Positions 9,410 through 19,884 of a stretch of 64,000 bases of DNA are shown one piece after another. The DNA comes from an uncultured bacterium (GTDB taxonomy: Bacteria > Oederibacteriota > PGYV01 > CAWJRG01), in NCBI GenBank assembly GCA_963845185.1, contig CAWJRG010000010.1, forward strand, positions 160,001-224,000, in the 5' to 3' direction. The first letter of the stretch is position 1, and every line of letters begins with the position of its first letter. Below the pieces are notes generated by a model, which was not told where the DNA came from, searched no databases, and worked only from the letters and a program-made list of their open reading frames with translations. Made by a program: the position numbers and the translations under genes.

Positions 9410-10438
9410 CTAATTTGATTCCCAGACATCCTCATAATATGTGGAAATTGCAAGGTCTGCGCCGCCCATAATGAAAGCCTTTCCGTTGAAAACAAGGGCG
9501 CAGTGGTACCATCTTGCCGGGCTGCATACGGCAACAGGCGTTGAATTAAAAGTTGCCTGTGTCCATGTCGCGCCGTCCGTGGAATACCATGCATCATTTT
9601 GTACGGTCCCATTGCTTCCGCAGACCAGCCACATTTTATTGTCATACACAAAACTCTTATGGTCGACCCTTAATCCGAAAGCCGCATTTGAGGTTGCCTG
9701 TGTCCATGCAATGCCGTTGGATGAATACCACACGTCTGCCATTGTTCCCGAGCCGCCATTGCCTGCTATAACCCACATCTTATTGTTATATACCACGCTT
9801 GTATGCCTGTACCTGACCCCAAACTCCGCATTCTGCGTTGCAGCTGTCCAATCAATGCCGTTTATGGAATACCAGGCGTCCTTATAAGCAGGGATGTTAA
9901 AACCTCCGATAACCCAGATCGCTGAAGTAGTCGTGCCTGGCACATCAAAAACAACGGAAGTCTGCCCTATCCTTTGCCCAAATTGCGCTGCACCTGTAAG
10001 CGACGAAAAATCAGCGCCGTTTGAAGATACCCATACATCCTGCAGGAAAGACCCGTTGGATCCAGCTATGACATACACCTTATCACCTGTGCCGTCGTTA
10101 TATACGACTGCCGTATGGGCATACCTTGCGCCAAAATCCGCTGTTGTTTTTCTTAACTGCCAGCTTGAGCCGTTTGTAGAGGAATATATTGATGCCACAT
10201 TTCCTGATCCATTTAAACCTCCATAAACATATATTCCACCGTTAAAAGAAACAGCGGAAAAATCAGCTCTTCCGCCAAAAGATGTTGTCGTAAGGTTTCC
10301 CCATACTGTGCCCGACGTAAACGGCGTTGCCGTAGGGCCAGGTGTCGATTGTGTCGGCGAGCTTGTTTTTTTACAGCCTAAAGCAAAAAAACATAAAGCC
10401 AAAACCAGGCAAAGCAGAACTAAAAATACCTTTTTCAT
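9410..10438 (-). CDS. Kelch-like repeat lipoprotein
   Basis: Lipobox ALGC and repeats FG.R..HTSVVY.NKMWVI.G....DVWYS.NG..WT. Confidence 0.85.
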   Translation of the reverse strand: MKKVFLVLLCLVLALCFFALGCKKTSSPTQSTPGPTATPFTSGTVWGNLTTTSFGGRADFSAVSFNGGIYVYGGLNGSGNVASIYSSTNGSSWQLRKTTADFGARYAHTAVVYNDGTGDKVYVIAGSNGSFLQDVWVSSNGADFSSLTGAAQFGQRIGQTSVVFDVPGTTTSAIWVIGGFNIPAYKDAWYSINGIDWTAATQNAEFGVRYRHTSVVYNNKMWVIAGNGGSGTMADVWYSSNGIAWTQATSNAAFGLRVDHKSFVYDNKMWLVCGSNGTVQNDAWYSTDGATWTQATFNSTPVAVCSPARWYHCALVFNGKAFIMGGADLAISTYYEDVWESN

Positions 10439-10500
10439 TGCAATACCTCCTATGATGCTGTTTTAAGACTGGATTCCCACGCTCTTTTCTTTATATTGTA

Positions 10501-10529
10501 ATTATACTGCACTAAAACAGTTAAATCAA
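10501..10529 (-). promoter_or_regulatory. Sigma70 promoter for the Kelch lipoprotein gene
   Basis: TTGATT-17 nt-TATAAT on the minus strand. Confidence 0.6.
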
Positions 10530-10613
10530 TATCATAAATGGTAGGGGTTCACCGCTTTTTTTGCCGTACCAGGTTGCCAATTTTCTGAAGCTCATTTTTG
10601 TATCAACTTCTTT

Positions 10614-10642
10614 TTGCATATTTTCATGACAAATTGTATAAT
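10614..10642 (+). promoter_or_regulatory. Sigma70 promoter (divergent) upstream of the GT87 gene
   Basis: TTGCAT-17 nt-TATAAT. Confidence 0.6.
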
Positions 10643-10676
10643 ATTAACGAGGTCAAAAACATTCAAGGAGTTTGCA

Positions 10677-10811
10677 ATGAACAAGGAAAAATTCCGGAAT
10701 ATTACTGGAGCCCCACGCGCATGCGCGTGTCACCAATTAATTATACACGGCTCGAATACAACTCGTCGTAAATTACGAATTAAACACACTGCCGCACTCG
10801 AGCACATATAA
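10677..10811 (+). CDS. Possible 44-aa leader ORF
   Basis: AAGGAG RBS before the ATG at 10677, just after the promoter. The stop lies 1 nt before the next ATG. No recognisable family. Confidence 0.3.
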   Translation: MNKEKFRNITGAPRACACHQLIIHGSNTTRRKLRIKHTAALEHI

Positions 10812-10812
10812 T

Positions 10813-12048
10813 ATGCGACTTCCATCGAAGCAGGACACATTCAATTACAGGTATGCCTTTGGTGTTCTGCGTAAGTGGATAAATAAGTGCTTCCCGTGGG
10901 TTATTCTCGCAATCTCGCTGGTTTTTGGATACAGATGCGCCAAAGGAAATGATTTCCTTTCCTATTATGACGCAGGAATGAATTTCCGCATGCTTTTGGA
11001 CAATATTTACGCCGCAGGCAAATATTCCGGCATGATGAACCATTACCCTCCTGTTTTTGCCATGCTTATGGTACCCCTGACCTTACTGCCTCCTATTGTT
11101 GCAGGCTATGTTTTTTTCCTCGCGAAGCTGGCGTGTGTTATCTGCGTCCTGAGGATTCTCCCTGAATTTTTTGAGGATAAAAAAGTCTCTGCCGCAGCTT
11201 TCTGGCTGGCTTTTTTTATGTCTTTCAGGTTTATCATCGACGATTTCAGGCTCGGCCAGGTCAATATTTTTCTCGCGGCTTTCCTGGTATTCGCGGTGTA
11301 TTTTAAGGCAAAAAACAAATTCTGGCTTTCCGCTTTGTTTCTGTCCCTTGCTGTTTCAATAAAAATTTTCCCCGTGCTTTTTATTGTGTATTATCTTTTC
11401 AAAAAGGAATTCAAATACACCGGCATAACCATCCTTATGCTTGTTGTTTTGAATCTTATCCCGGGCATTTTCTATACTGCAAAATATCCCGCGCTGCTGG
11501 GTTATTTCGTAAACGAATCCATACTGAACGCCGCCTCGGGCCCGAACTCCGGAATTGCAAATCAATCCATATACGGGATGCTGATGAGGTATCTGGGACC
11601 GAACAGTACTGATACAGGCGAAATACATTTTGTCAATTTCGCCTCACTTCAGTTTGCAGGCATTAAACTGGTTTATTATATTCTGTCACTGCTTTTCATT
11701 GTCCTGGCACTTCTCCCGGCCCTAAAAAAGGATAAATCACCGGACATTTACGCGCTGGGCAATGTTTTTCTAATTTGCCTGATCCTGCCCATGGTTGCAA
11801 GAAAATCCAATTTTGTTTTTGTTTACTTCCCTGCCCTCATGCTTTTCGCCGGCATGCACAGGGAACGTGTGTACAAATCCGCGTATTCTTTGCTGGTTTG
11901 GATTCCGTTCGCGTTGCTGTGTTTTACCGCCGATGGGCTGATAGGGCGGAAAGCAAGCAATGTATTCGAGGCATTCTCCGCCCTTACAATAGGCGCCATA
12001 TTCCTGATAGCAGCCTGCAGCGTAAAAATATTTTATCCCAAAAAATAG
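10813..12048 (+). CDS. Glycosyltransferase family 87 (DUF2029) membrane protein
   Basis: DF..YY.A, YPP.FA.L..PL, LGQVN, A..IKIFP and NQS motifs, multi-pass hydrophobic. Confidence 0.85.
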   Translation: MRLPSKQDTFNYRYAFGVLRKWINKCFPWVILAISLVFGYRCAKGNDFLSYYDAGMNFRMLLDNIYAAGKYSGMMNHYPPVFAMLMVPLTLLPPIVAGYVFFLAKLACVICVLRILPEFFEDKKVSAAAFWLAFFMSFRFIIDDFRLGQVNIFLAAFLVFAVYFKAKNKFWLSALFLSLAVSIKIFPVLFIVYYLFKKEFKYTGITILMLVVLNLIPGIFYTAKYPALLGYFVNESILNAASGPNSGIANQSIYGMLMRYLGPNSTDTGEIHFVNFASLQFAGIKLVYYILSLLFIVLALLPALKKDKSPDIYALGNVFLICLILPMVARKSNFVFVYFPALMLFAGMHRERVYKSAYSLLVWIPFALLCFTADGLIGRKASNVFEAFSALTIGAIFLIAACSVKIFYPKK

Positions 12049-12126
12049 TTCTGTTTTTAACATTGCTGCCATAAAACTCATCCAATACCGGAAAAAATTA
12101 CAGTCACAATCGCATACCGGTACTGT

Positions 12127-12155
12127 TTGACACGCCTTCAGGAATTATATATAAT
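12127..12155 (+). promoter_or_regulatory. Consensus sigma70 promoter
   Basis: TTGACA-17 nt-TATAAT, a perfect match. Confidence 0.75.
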
Positions 12156-12190
12156 TAATCATATAACGGGTGCTGAAAACTCGTATTCTT

Positions 12191-12281
12191 TGTCATTGCG
12201 AGCGACCAAAGGGGAGCGAAGCAATCTCGTTTTCCACTTTAAATACTGGATTGCCTCGTCGCTTCGCTCCTCGCAATGACA
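12191..12281. repeat. Palindromic repeat element (GTCATTGCGAG...CTCGCAATGAC type)
   Basis: Terminal inverted repeat TGTCATTGCGAG / CTCGCAATGACA with inner GAGCGAAGC / GCTTCGCTC and GCAATC / GATTGC pairings. Confidence 0.8.
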
Positions 12282-12297
12282 CCGCAATACAAGGCTG

Positions 12298-13149
12298 GTG
12301 CAAATAATGGCTGTTTATTTTCTCTTAATATGGACTTTCTTTATAATGGTGCATAACATTTTGGACGGTGTCTTTAAAAGCATAAAAGACGGTTTCTGGG
12401 GCTATTACGAAAAGCTCTCCGTCAGGATACGCAGATACAGCGCCGAAACCAACCTTGACGAGGAAAGCCGGCTAATTTTAAAAAGCCTATCAAAACAGCA
12501 GAAAGAAATAGAAGACACCATGTCTTTGTATGTTTTCTTCAGGTTCTGCGAAAAACTTTCGCTTTACATGACACAGATAGACATGGTGGTGCTCTTCTGC
12601 CTTTCTTTGATTGCCGCCGTATTTGTGCATTCTGCACTGCTGGCGCGGGACTATTTCTGGCTGGTTATTTTCCTGCTGTTTTATATCGTATACATGTGGA
12701 ATGAAATTTCCGGCGAATTTTTGCAATTCGAATTTTGGGCGATAAATGTATTCTTAAAACAGTATAAAATCCTGGAAAAAATCGGCAACACCGGGAAAAT
12801 GATAGAAGATAAAAAGGGAAATAAAAAAATCATCCGCAAATTGTATGCATTTTTTATATTGCCTGTGTCGCTTCTGGCCTTTTTCTTCCTGTTCTTCCGC
12901 TTTACTTATCCTCTTTTCCCTCCGCTTTCACCTGATTTGCAGGGTTACATAGCTGTTTTATGGGGGATTTTTATTTTATCCGGCGGGCTTATTGTTGTCT
13001 GCATGCCTGCAGCCTTAAACAGGTTATTCAACGCTTACCTGCACCTTTCGGGCGTGCAGTTTAAGGATTCTTATTATTCCGCGCCGATTTATATTTTCCT
13101 GTCCCTTTTACTCGCCATGGTAATCGCGATCGCGCGCTATACCATATGA
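12298..13149 (+). CDS. Hypothetical integral membrane protein
   Basis: 283-aa ORF with about six hydrophobic segments, overlapping the next start (ATGA). Confidence 0.6.
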   Translation: MQIMAVYFLLIWTFFIMVHNILDGVFKSIKDGFWGYYEKLSVRIRRYSAETNLDEESRLILKSLSKQQKEIEDTMSLYVFFRFCEKLSLYMTQIDMVVLFCLSLIAAVFVHSALLARDYFWLVIFLLFYIVYMWNEISGEFLQFEFWAINVFLKQYKILEKIGNTGKMIEDKKGNKKIIRKLYAFFILPVSLLAFFFLFFRFTYPLFPPLSPDLQGYIAVLWGIFILSGGLIVVCMPAALNRLFNAYLHLSGVQFKDSYYSAPIYIFLSLLLAMVIAIARYTI

Positions 13150-15020
13150 TAATGATTCTTTTATCAAATATTGCAGTAATCCTGCTTATGCTCCTGCTTT
13201 TAGCCCTGGCCTGCGGCACAGGCATAACTTTGTTTGGATTGTTAAAAATGGAATTTGACGAAGGCGCGGAAACTCTTGTTCTATCTTTTGCAACTGGCAC
13301 TGTATTTTTCTCGCTTGTGTTGCTTGCTATGGGCAAAGCCGGCTTTTTTTCCGGCCAGTATATTATAGCTGCTTCAGTAGCCGTTGCCGCGATATCCCTG
13401 ACCGGCCAAAAAAAACTGGCCTTGTCATTAAAAACTTTTTTTAATCAGGTTAAAACAGCCGGCGGGCTTTTCATGCTGATAATATGGCTTATACTGCTGG
13501 CAAGGCTGGCAATTGTTTTTTTCAGCATTTTTATCCCGATAACCGGCTGGGACACCACGGCCTACCATTACGCCATCCCGCGGTTTTACCTGAACGCAGG
13601 AAAAATTTTTTATATCCCGTTTATGTACCACAGCAACTGGCCCGAGCTCATGGAAATGATTTATGCCTGGGCCATGGTGCTTCACTCAGATTTGCTTGCA
13701 AACGGGACCGCGTTTTTGTATGCTTTCTTTTTGCTCACCGCGCTGTTCCTTTTCGGTTTTTCTGCTTTTAATCCCCGCGCCGGGTTGATTGCCGCGGTAG
13801 TAATATCCGCGTTTTATTTATTTCAATCCGACTCGGCAAACGGATACGTGGATACCGCTCTTGCCTTTTTTGAGCTTGCCTGTGTTTATGCAATATTCCG
13901 GCTTACCGTGACCGGGCAAAAAAAATACCTCATTGCCGGAGCCGTATGCGCTGCAGGCGCCGCATCAATAAAGATACTCGGTTTGTTTCCGGTTGCAGCC
14001 CTGCCTTTATTTTTGCTGTTCAGGGATTATTTTCCCGGCAACAAGGAAAAAAAGATACATATAATGGAAGCGCTCATTTTTGTATTCCTGGCCCTGCTTA
14101 TCGCCTCCCCCTGGTATATTAAAAGCTTTGTTGATACCGGAAACCCCGTCTGGCCGTTTGCTTACGGTATTTTCGGGGGCAGGAACTGGTCAAAAGAGCT
14201 TTCTGATTACCGCAATTTTTATTATGCCCTTAAAGGCACGGGCATTGGCATAGTACAGTTATTAAAACTTCCGATTGCCATGGCATCTTCAGCAGGCATG
14301 GACGGTTTTATGGGTAATAATATTGTTTATTTTTACCTGAGCCTGCCTTTTATAATATATACTATTGCCAGGAAAAAGAGTGCGGCGCAAATATTCCTGC
14401 TTTTATATTCTTTTTGTTTTATATGTTTCTGGGCAATTAATGCCCAGATGACAAGGTTCTTTTTCCCCGGGCTTGCTGTTATTACCGTAATGTGCGCCGG
14501 CGAAACCGAACGCATACTGTACGGCACTTATAATAAAGCCTTAAAAGTCATTTTTGCCGCAGTATTATTTTACCTTCTTTTATATTCTTTCTCGTTAAAG
14601 AATGTGGGGCTGGGAATAAAATGCTTTACCGGAATTACAAACAGGCAAAATTATCTTGAATCCTCGCTTGATTATTACAAATTATTTGAAAAAGTGAACA
14701 AAGATGATTCGGTAATTGGAAAAATAGCTTTTTTCAGGGAAATTAGGGGCTATTATCTGAAGAAGGATTATATCTGGGCAGACCCTGTGAATCAGGGTTT
14801 AATTTCTTATAAAAACACGCAGCAAACCTTAAAGCAACTCAATGATAACATGGTTAAGTTTATAATTTATAATAATAATGCCTACGGGGACGGCAAAGAT
14901 GGTTACAGCAGCACGGTTTATGGCATTATGAACGAGATAATAAGCAAATATTCGGAACAAATGTACTGTTTCAATAACGTTTGCCTTTATAGATTAAAAA
15001 GCCAAGATGTTCCCCGATAA
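13146..15020 (+). CDS. GT-C fold lipid-carrier-dependent glycosyltransferase (ArnT/GT39-like)
   Basis: Multi-TM protein with WD...YH...P..Y, YVD and PWY.K....GNP.WP motifs, which are typical of this family. Confidence 0.75.
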   Translation: MIMILLSNIAVILLMLLLLALACGTGITLFGLLKMEFDEGAETLVLSFATGTVFFSLVLLAMGKAGFFSGQYIIAASVAVAAISLTGQKKLALSLKTFFNQVKTAGGLFMLIIWLILLARLAIVFFSIFIPITGWDTTAYHYAIPRFYLNAGKIFYIPFMYHSNWPELMEMIYAWAMVLHSDLLANGTAFLYAFFLLTALFLFGFSAFNPRAGLIAAVVISAFYLFQSDSANGYVDTALAFFELACVYAIFRLTVTGQKKYLIAGAVCAAGAASIKILGLFPVAALPLFLLFRDYFPGNKEKKIHIMEALIFVFLALLIASPWYIKSFVDTGNPVWPFAYGIFGGRNWSKELSDYRNFYYALKGTGIGIVQLLKLPIAMASSAGMDGFMGNNIVYFYLSLPFIIYTIARKKSAAQIFLLLYSFCFICFWAINAQMTRFFFPGLAVITVMCAGETERILYGTYNKALKVIFAAVLFYLLLYSFSLKNVGLGIKCFTGITNRQNYLESSLDYYKLFEKVNKDDSVIGKIAFFREIRGYYLKKDYIWADPVNQGLISYKNTQQTLKQLNDNMVKFIIYNNNAYGDGKDGYSSTVYGIMNEIISKYSEQMYCFNNVCLYRLKSQDVPR

Positions 15021-15136
15021 ACTGCTTGTGATAAAAATATTCAGCAGTGTGTCATTTACGAATTAAAAGCAGACACCCCTTTTAGCCGTATAATTAAGCC
15101 AAAAACTCCAAGAAATCCTGAACCGTTACATATGTT

Positions 15137-17030
15137 TTATCTCAAAACCGCCAGTTTGCTCCATGCTTTTGCTTTATTGCTGCCTGACACTGCTTCAATC
15201 CTATATATAAATACCCCGCTTGCTACATCCTTGCCTGCGAAATTTTTGCAATCCCATCGTATGCTGTTTCTTCCCTGCAGAGCCTTGTTGATCAAGCGTA
15301 GTTACTTTTTCTCCACTTATTGTGTATATATTTACTTTTACTTCAGCTTCCATGCCGAGCTCGTAGATAATATAAGTATAGTCTTTCGCAGGATTTGGAG
15401 AGTTTGTTATGAGCTTAAAATAAAAGGAGGCTGGAATCTCTGTTACTGTCGGAGTTATAGTATATGTAACAGTCTGCGTCAATGTTTGGGTTATTGTTAA
15501 TGTCATCGTCACTGTCGGTGAAATTGTTGATGTAAAAGACGGGGTGATTGTCTGACTCTCAGTAATTGTGACTGTTATTGTATAAGTACCAGTAAAAGTA
15601 AACGTGCTTGTGTAAGTCATGGTAGGCGTTATGGTTTCCGTTTCAGTTATAGTCGGCGGCGTTCCGGTTATGGTGGGTGAGACTGTCGGCGAGGCCGTGG
15701 GCGATGGCATGCAGTATACTACTAATCCATTTGCCGAGGGATAAGCCATTACTATTTCATTCTGTCCTATGGTTGCTGATGGATAATTATATTCAAACGA
15801 CACCCCTCCTCCATATGTCCAGACAGGATTGCCTTGCCATAAAACATTATTTCCGTTATTAGCGTCAACTGCGTATCCATATACATTAGCGCTATATACA
15901 ACTCCATTGGCTGTACTTATTGGTCCGTCCCCTCCTAAACTTAATGAGTAATTAGTAGGAAAACCTGAAACAAACGTACCATTTGCTTTATAAAGACCAT
16001 ATAACATTCCTGTATGAGTCCCGAAATATACTTTATCATTCCATATACTCGCAGTGCTTATTATTTGGTCATTTCCTCCTAAATACGGGTGAGGTGTTGT
16101 AATTGACCAGTTTATATTCCCTGTTGTCGCATCTATTGAATAAAAATATCCTGATTCATCACCAATATATATTATACCGTTTTCTATTACAGGCATTGCC
16201 CTCATTGTTCCAGTTACACTTACTGGAAAATTTGCGCAGTCAGCTCCCGTATTCGCGTCCCAGCAATGAATTTGCTGGTCTGTCCTTCCTGCTACATATA
16301 CACGACCATTCCATATTGCAGGAGTCTGCCCCCCCCCCATGCTTAATTGTTTCCTCCATAATTCACTTCCATTATTCGCGTCTTTTACGAATAAATAACT
16401 TCTCATATCCGCTGTATTTCCTCTCAGATCACCAATTACAAAATATAATTTATTTTGCCAATATATTATTCCATCTTCAGGCACTACCTGTTCGGTTTGT
16501 CCAGCTGTTTCTGTTATATCTATAGGAAATCCTGATATTAAATTTAGTGTATTTATATCCCATCCATAAACCATATGTTGTGTTATTGCATACACATCAT
16601 TATTTCCTATTACTAATCCACCCATTGATATTATTCCGCTGTCAGTTGGACCAAGTGGATAACCTGTTTTTGTCACTCCTGTTTGTATATCCCATGCCCA
16701 AACATAGCCAGGGTCGTCCCAATATACCTTTCCTGTGCCTTGATTTCCTTGTCCAAAATACACATAACCATTATAAATTAAAGCGAAATTTAGGCTGGGT
16801 ACAACATTTGCGCTTGGTGTGCTCCACTCGTATTTTTCCCATCTTTTCACATACGGCGGATATATTGTTGTCAGGGTATCCGACCTTATGCCGCTATTCC
16901 ACGTCCCTGCTGTGCTGCTTGTCCCATAGTTATCTATCCAGATATTACCTGCTTTCACATTCATAAATAAAAACAAGCCCATTATGATTAAGCAAATTCT
17001 GATTACTAATTTTTTATTACAACTTATCAA
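15137..17030 (-). CDS. Secreted PQQ-type beta-propeller protein + Thr/Pro tract + T9SS-like CTD (copy 1), with a 1-nt insertion at about 15279 frameshifting the CTD
   Basis: Signal peptide and PQQ-like repeats (P.I.NG.VY.G...G.FY.IDA.TG...W). Against the paralogs it has CCCTGCAGAGCC instead of CCCTGCGAGCC. The alternative frame restores QGRNSIRWDCKNF...AWSKLAVLR* ending at 15137. Confidence 0.85.
16329..16338 (-). repeat. G10 homopolymer in the coding strand of copy 1 (in frame)
   Basis: ATG GGG GGG GGG CAG, encoding MGGGQ. Confidence 0.8.
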
Positions 17031-17059
17031 ATTTATACCCCTTTTTCTTTTTCAATAAT

Positions 17060-17091
17060 GCAAAGGGAACGGCTAAACCCGTTCCCTTTGC
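17060..17091 (-). terminator. Hairpin, probable terminator after orphan CTD A
   Basis: GCAAAGGGAACGG-CTAAAC-CCGTTCCCTTTGC with a weak U-tract. Confidence 0.55.
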
Positions 17092-17108
17092 TAATCGCAC
17101 AAAATCTA

Positions 17109-17552
17109 TCAGCGGATAACAGCTATTTTTTTTGTTATTGTTATGCCCCTGAAAACCACCCTGCAAAAATATATGCCGTTCGCTGTTTCCTGTCCCAAGT
17201 CGTTTTCTCCGTTCCAGCTTACGCTGTTTATTCCCTGTATTGTTTCAGCAGGGCTTAATTCTTTCCGCCATATTATCCTTCCATTCATGTCATAAATCGC
17301 TATTTTTACTTGCTGCTGCTCAGGCAAAGGGAATCTTATGCTTGTCTGTCCCTTACAAGGATTGGGATAATTATATACGTTTTTCTCGTTGGGTTCAATT
17401 GATATTTCCGGGGGCGTTGTTTTTATATTGTCTTCGCATATCTGCGCCCGTGTCGGCGTGATTGTAGCCGTTGCGGTTAACGTTGAGCCTTGAGCATTGA
17501 ACTTTGAGCTTTGAACGTTGAGCCTCACCGCACCACCGCCAGTTTGCTCCAT
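17109..17552 (-). CDS. Orphan linker + T9SS-like C-terminal domain cassette A (no signal peptide)
   Basis: NVQSS...TATATITPT...NYPNPCK...IYD.NGRI.W...WNG.ND.G...ANG.Y...TKKIAVIR. Overlaps the stop of copy 2 in the -1 frame. Confidence 0.7.
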   Translation of the reverse strand: MEQTGGGAVRLNVQSSKFNAQGSTLTATATITPTRAQICEDNIKTTPPEISIEPNEKNVYNYPNPCKGQTSIRFPLPEQQQVKIAIYDMNGRIIWRKELSPAETIQGINSVSWNGENDLGQETANGIYFCRVVFRGITITKKIAVIR

Positions 17553-19371
17553 GCTTTTGCTTTATTGCTGCCTGACACTGCTTCAATCCTATATATGTAT
17601 ACTCCGCTGGCGACATCTTTATTCACAAAATTTTTGCAGTTCCATCGTATGCTGTTTCTTCCCTGCGAGCCTTGTTGATCAAGCGTAGTTACTTTTTCTC
17701 CACTTATTGTGTATATATTTACTTTTACATCAGCTTCTATTCCGAGCTCATAGATAATATAAGTATAGTTATTCGCAGGATTTGGAGAGTTTGTTATGAG
17801 CTTAAAATAAAAAGACGCAGGAATCTCTGTCTTTGTCGGCGTCATGGTTGGCGTGTCGGACACTGAGCTTGTCGAAGTGACCGTTGCTGTTGACGTTGAA
17901 CTTTGAACATTGAACGTTGAACTGGGTGTTATGGTACACGTAGCACTTACCGTAGGCGTAACAGTGAGCGTAGTCGAATCTGTCGCCGAAGGCGTATTTG
18001 TCGGTGGCGTTCCGGTTATGGTGGGTGAGACTGTCGGCGAGGCCGTGGGCGATGGCATGCAGTATACTACTAATCCATTTGCCGAGGGATAAGCCATTAC
18101 TATTTCATTCTGTCCTATGGTTGCTGATGGATAATTATATTCAAACGACACCCCTCCTCCATATGTCCAGACAGGATTGCCTTGCCATAAAACATTATTT
18201 CCGTTATTAGCGTCAACTGCGTATCCATATACATTAGCGCTATATACAACTCCATTGGCTGTACTTATTGGTCCGTCCCCTCCTAAACTTAATGAGTAAT
18301 TAGTAGGAAAACCTGAAACAAACGTACCATTTGCTTTATAAAGACCATATAACATTCCTGTATGAGTCCCGAAATATACTTTATCATTCCATATACTCGC
18401 AGTGCTTATTATTTGGTCATTTCCTCCTAAATACGGGTGAGGTGTTGTAATTGACCAGTTTATATTCCCTGTTGTCGCGTCAATCGAGTAAAAATATCCC
18501 GATTCTGTTCCGATGTATATTGTCCCATTTTCTATTACAGGGCTTGCCCTTATCCCTGCGGTTATAGTTACGGGAAAATTCGCGCACACAGCCCCCGTAT
18601 TCGCGTCCCAACAATAGATTTGTCCCGAGCCCGAATCGGCAACATATACCCTGCCGTTCCATATACATGGCAGGGTGCCTCCCCACGAAGGGATTTGTTT
18701 CCTAAATACCTCGGTTCCATTATTCGCGTCTTTTACGAATAAATAACTTCTCATATCCGCTGTATTTCCCCTAAAATCACCAACTACGAAATATAATTTA
18801 TTTTGCCAATATATTATTCCATCTTCAGGTAATACCCACAATGTTTGTCCAACTGTTTCTGTTATATCTACAGGAAATCCGGATATTAAATTTAAAGTAT
18901 TCAAACTCCAACCATATACTTTATGCTGTGTTATCGCATATATATTATTATTTCCAATTACGAGCCCCCCCCTACTGAGATTATTCCACTATCTAACGGT
19001 CCTAAAGAATATCCTGTTTTAGTCACCCCTGTTTGTATATCCCATGCCCAAACATAGCCCGGGTCGTCCCAATGCACTCCTCCGGTATCTTGATCTCCTT
19101 GACCAAAGTATACATATCCATTATAAATTAAAGAAAAATTATCTGTTGGTACTACATTTGCACTGGGTGTTACGCTCCACGCATATTTTTCCCATCTTTT
19201 CACATACGGCGGATATATTGTTGTCAGGGTATCCGACCTTATGCCGCTATTCCACGTCCCGCTTGTATCGCTTGTGCCATGCGCATCTATCCATATGTTT
19301 CCAGCTTTTATTTGTATTGATAAAGATATTAACGATATAAAAAGTATATAAATAGATTTTATTTTTTTCAC
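17525..19371 (-). CDS. Secreted PQQ-type beta-propeller + Thr/Pro tract + CTD (copy 2), frameshifted at a G8 tract (18965-18972)
   Basis: ORFs 18958-19401 and 17525-18904 join into one paralog if the G8 becomes G6 or G9 (ISVGG|LVIGNN vs copy 1 ISMGGLVIGNN). Likely GTG start at 19371 after GGAG. Confidence 0.85.
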
Positions 19372-19384
19372 ACCTACTCCTTCA

Positions 19385-19430
19385 AAAAAATAAAAAGGCA
19401 AAAGAATTTTTCATCGTTCCTTTGCCTTTT
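19385..19430 (-). terminator. Probable terminator after orphan CTD B
   Basis: AAAAGGCAAA...TTTGCCTTTT stem followed by a T-run on the minus strand. Confidence 0.55.
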
Positions 19431-19440
19431 GTATGTTTTA

Positions 19441-19884
19441 TCAGCGAATTACCGCTATTTTTTTAGTTATTGTTATGTCCCTAAAAACCACCCTGCAAAA
19501 ATATACGCCGTTCGCCGTTTCCTGTCCCAAGTCGTTTTCTCCGTTCCAGCTTACGCTGTTTATTCCCTGTATTGTCTCCGCAGGGCTTAATTCTTTCCGC
19601 CATATTATCCTTCCGTTAATGTCATAAATAACTATCTTTACTTGCTGCTGCTCAGGCAAAGGGAATCTTATGCTTGTCTGTCCCTTACAAGGATTGGGAT
19701 AATTATATACGTTTTTCTCATTTGGTTCAATTGAAAATTCCGATGGCGTTGTTTTTGCATTGTCTTCGCATATCTGCGCCCGTGTCGGCGTGATTGTAGC
19801 CGTTGCGGTTAACGTTGAGCCTTGAGCATTGAACTTTGAGCTTTGAACGTTGAGCCTCACCGCACCACCGCCAGTTTGCTCCAT
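19441..19884 (-). CDS. Orphan linker + T9SS-like CTD cassette B
   Basis: 140/147 aa identical to cassette A, with the same -1 overlap on the stop of copy 3. Confidence 0.7.
   Translation of the reverse strand: MEQTGGGAVRLNVQSSKFNAQGSTLTATATITPTRAQICEDNAKTTPSEFSIEPNEKNVYNYPNPCKGQTSIRFPLPEQQQVKIVIYDINGRIIWRKELSPAETIQGINSVSWNGENDLGQETANGVYFCRVVFRDITITKKIAVIR

Noticed and set aside
17525..17580. Programmed -1 frameshift or stop read-through joining copy 2 to the orphan CTD
   Set aside because: No X XXY YYZ slippery heptamer is visible before the stop, and in-frame read-through hits TAA after 13 codons. Not excluded, but unsupported.
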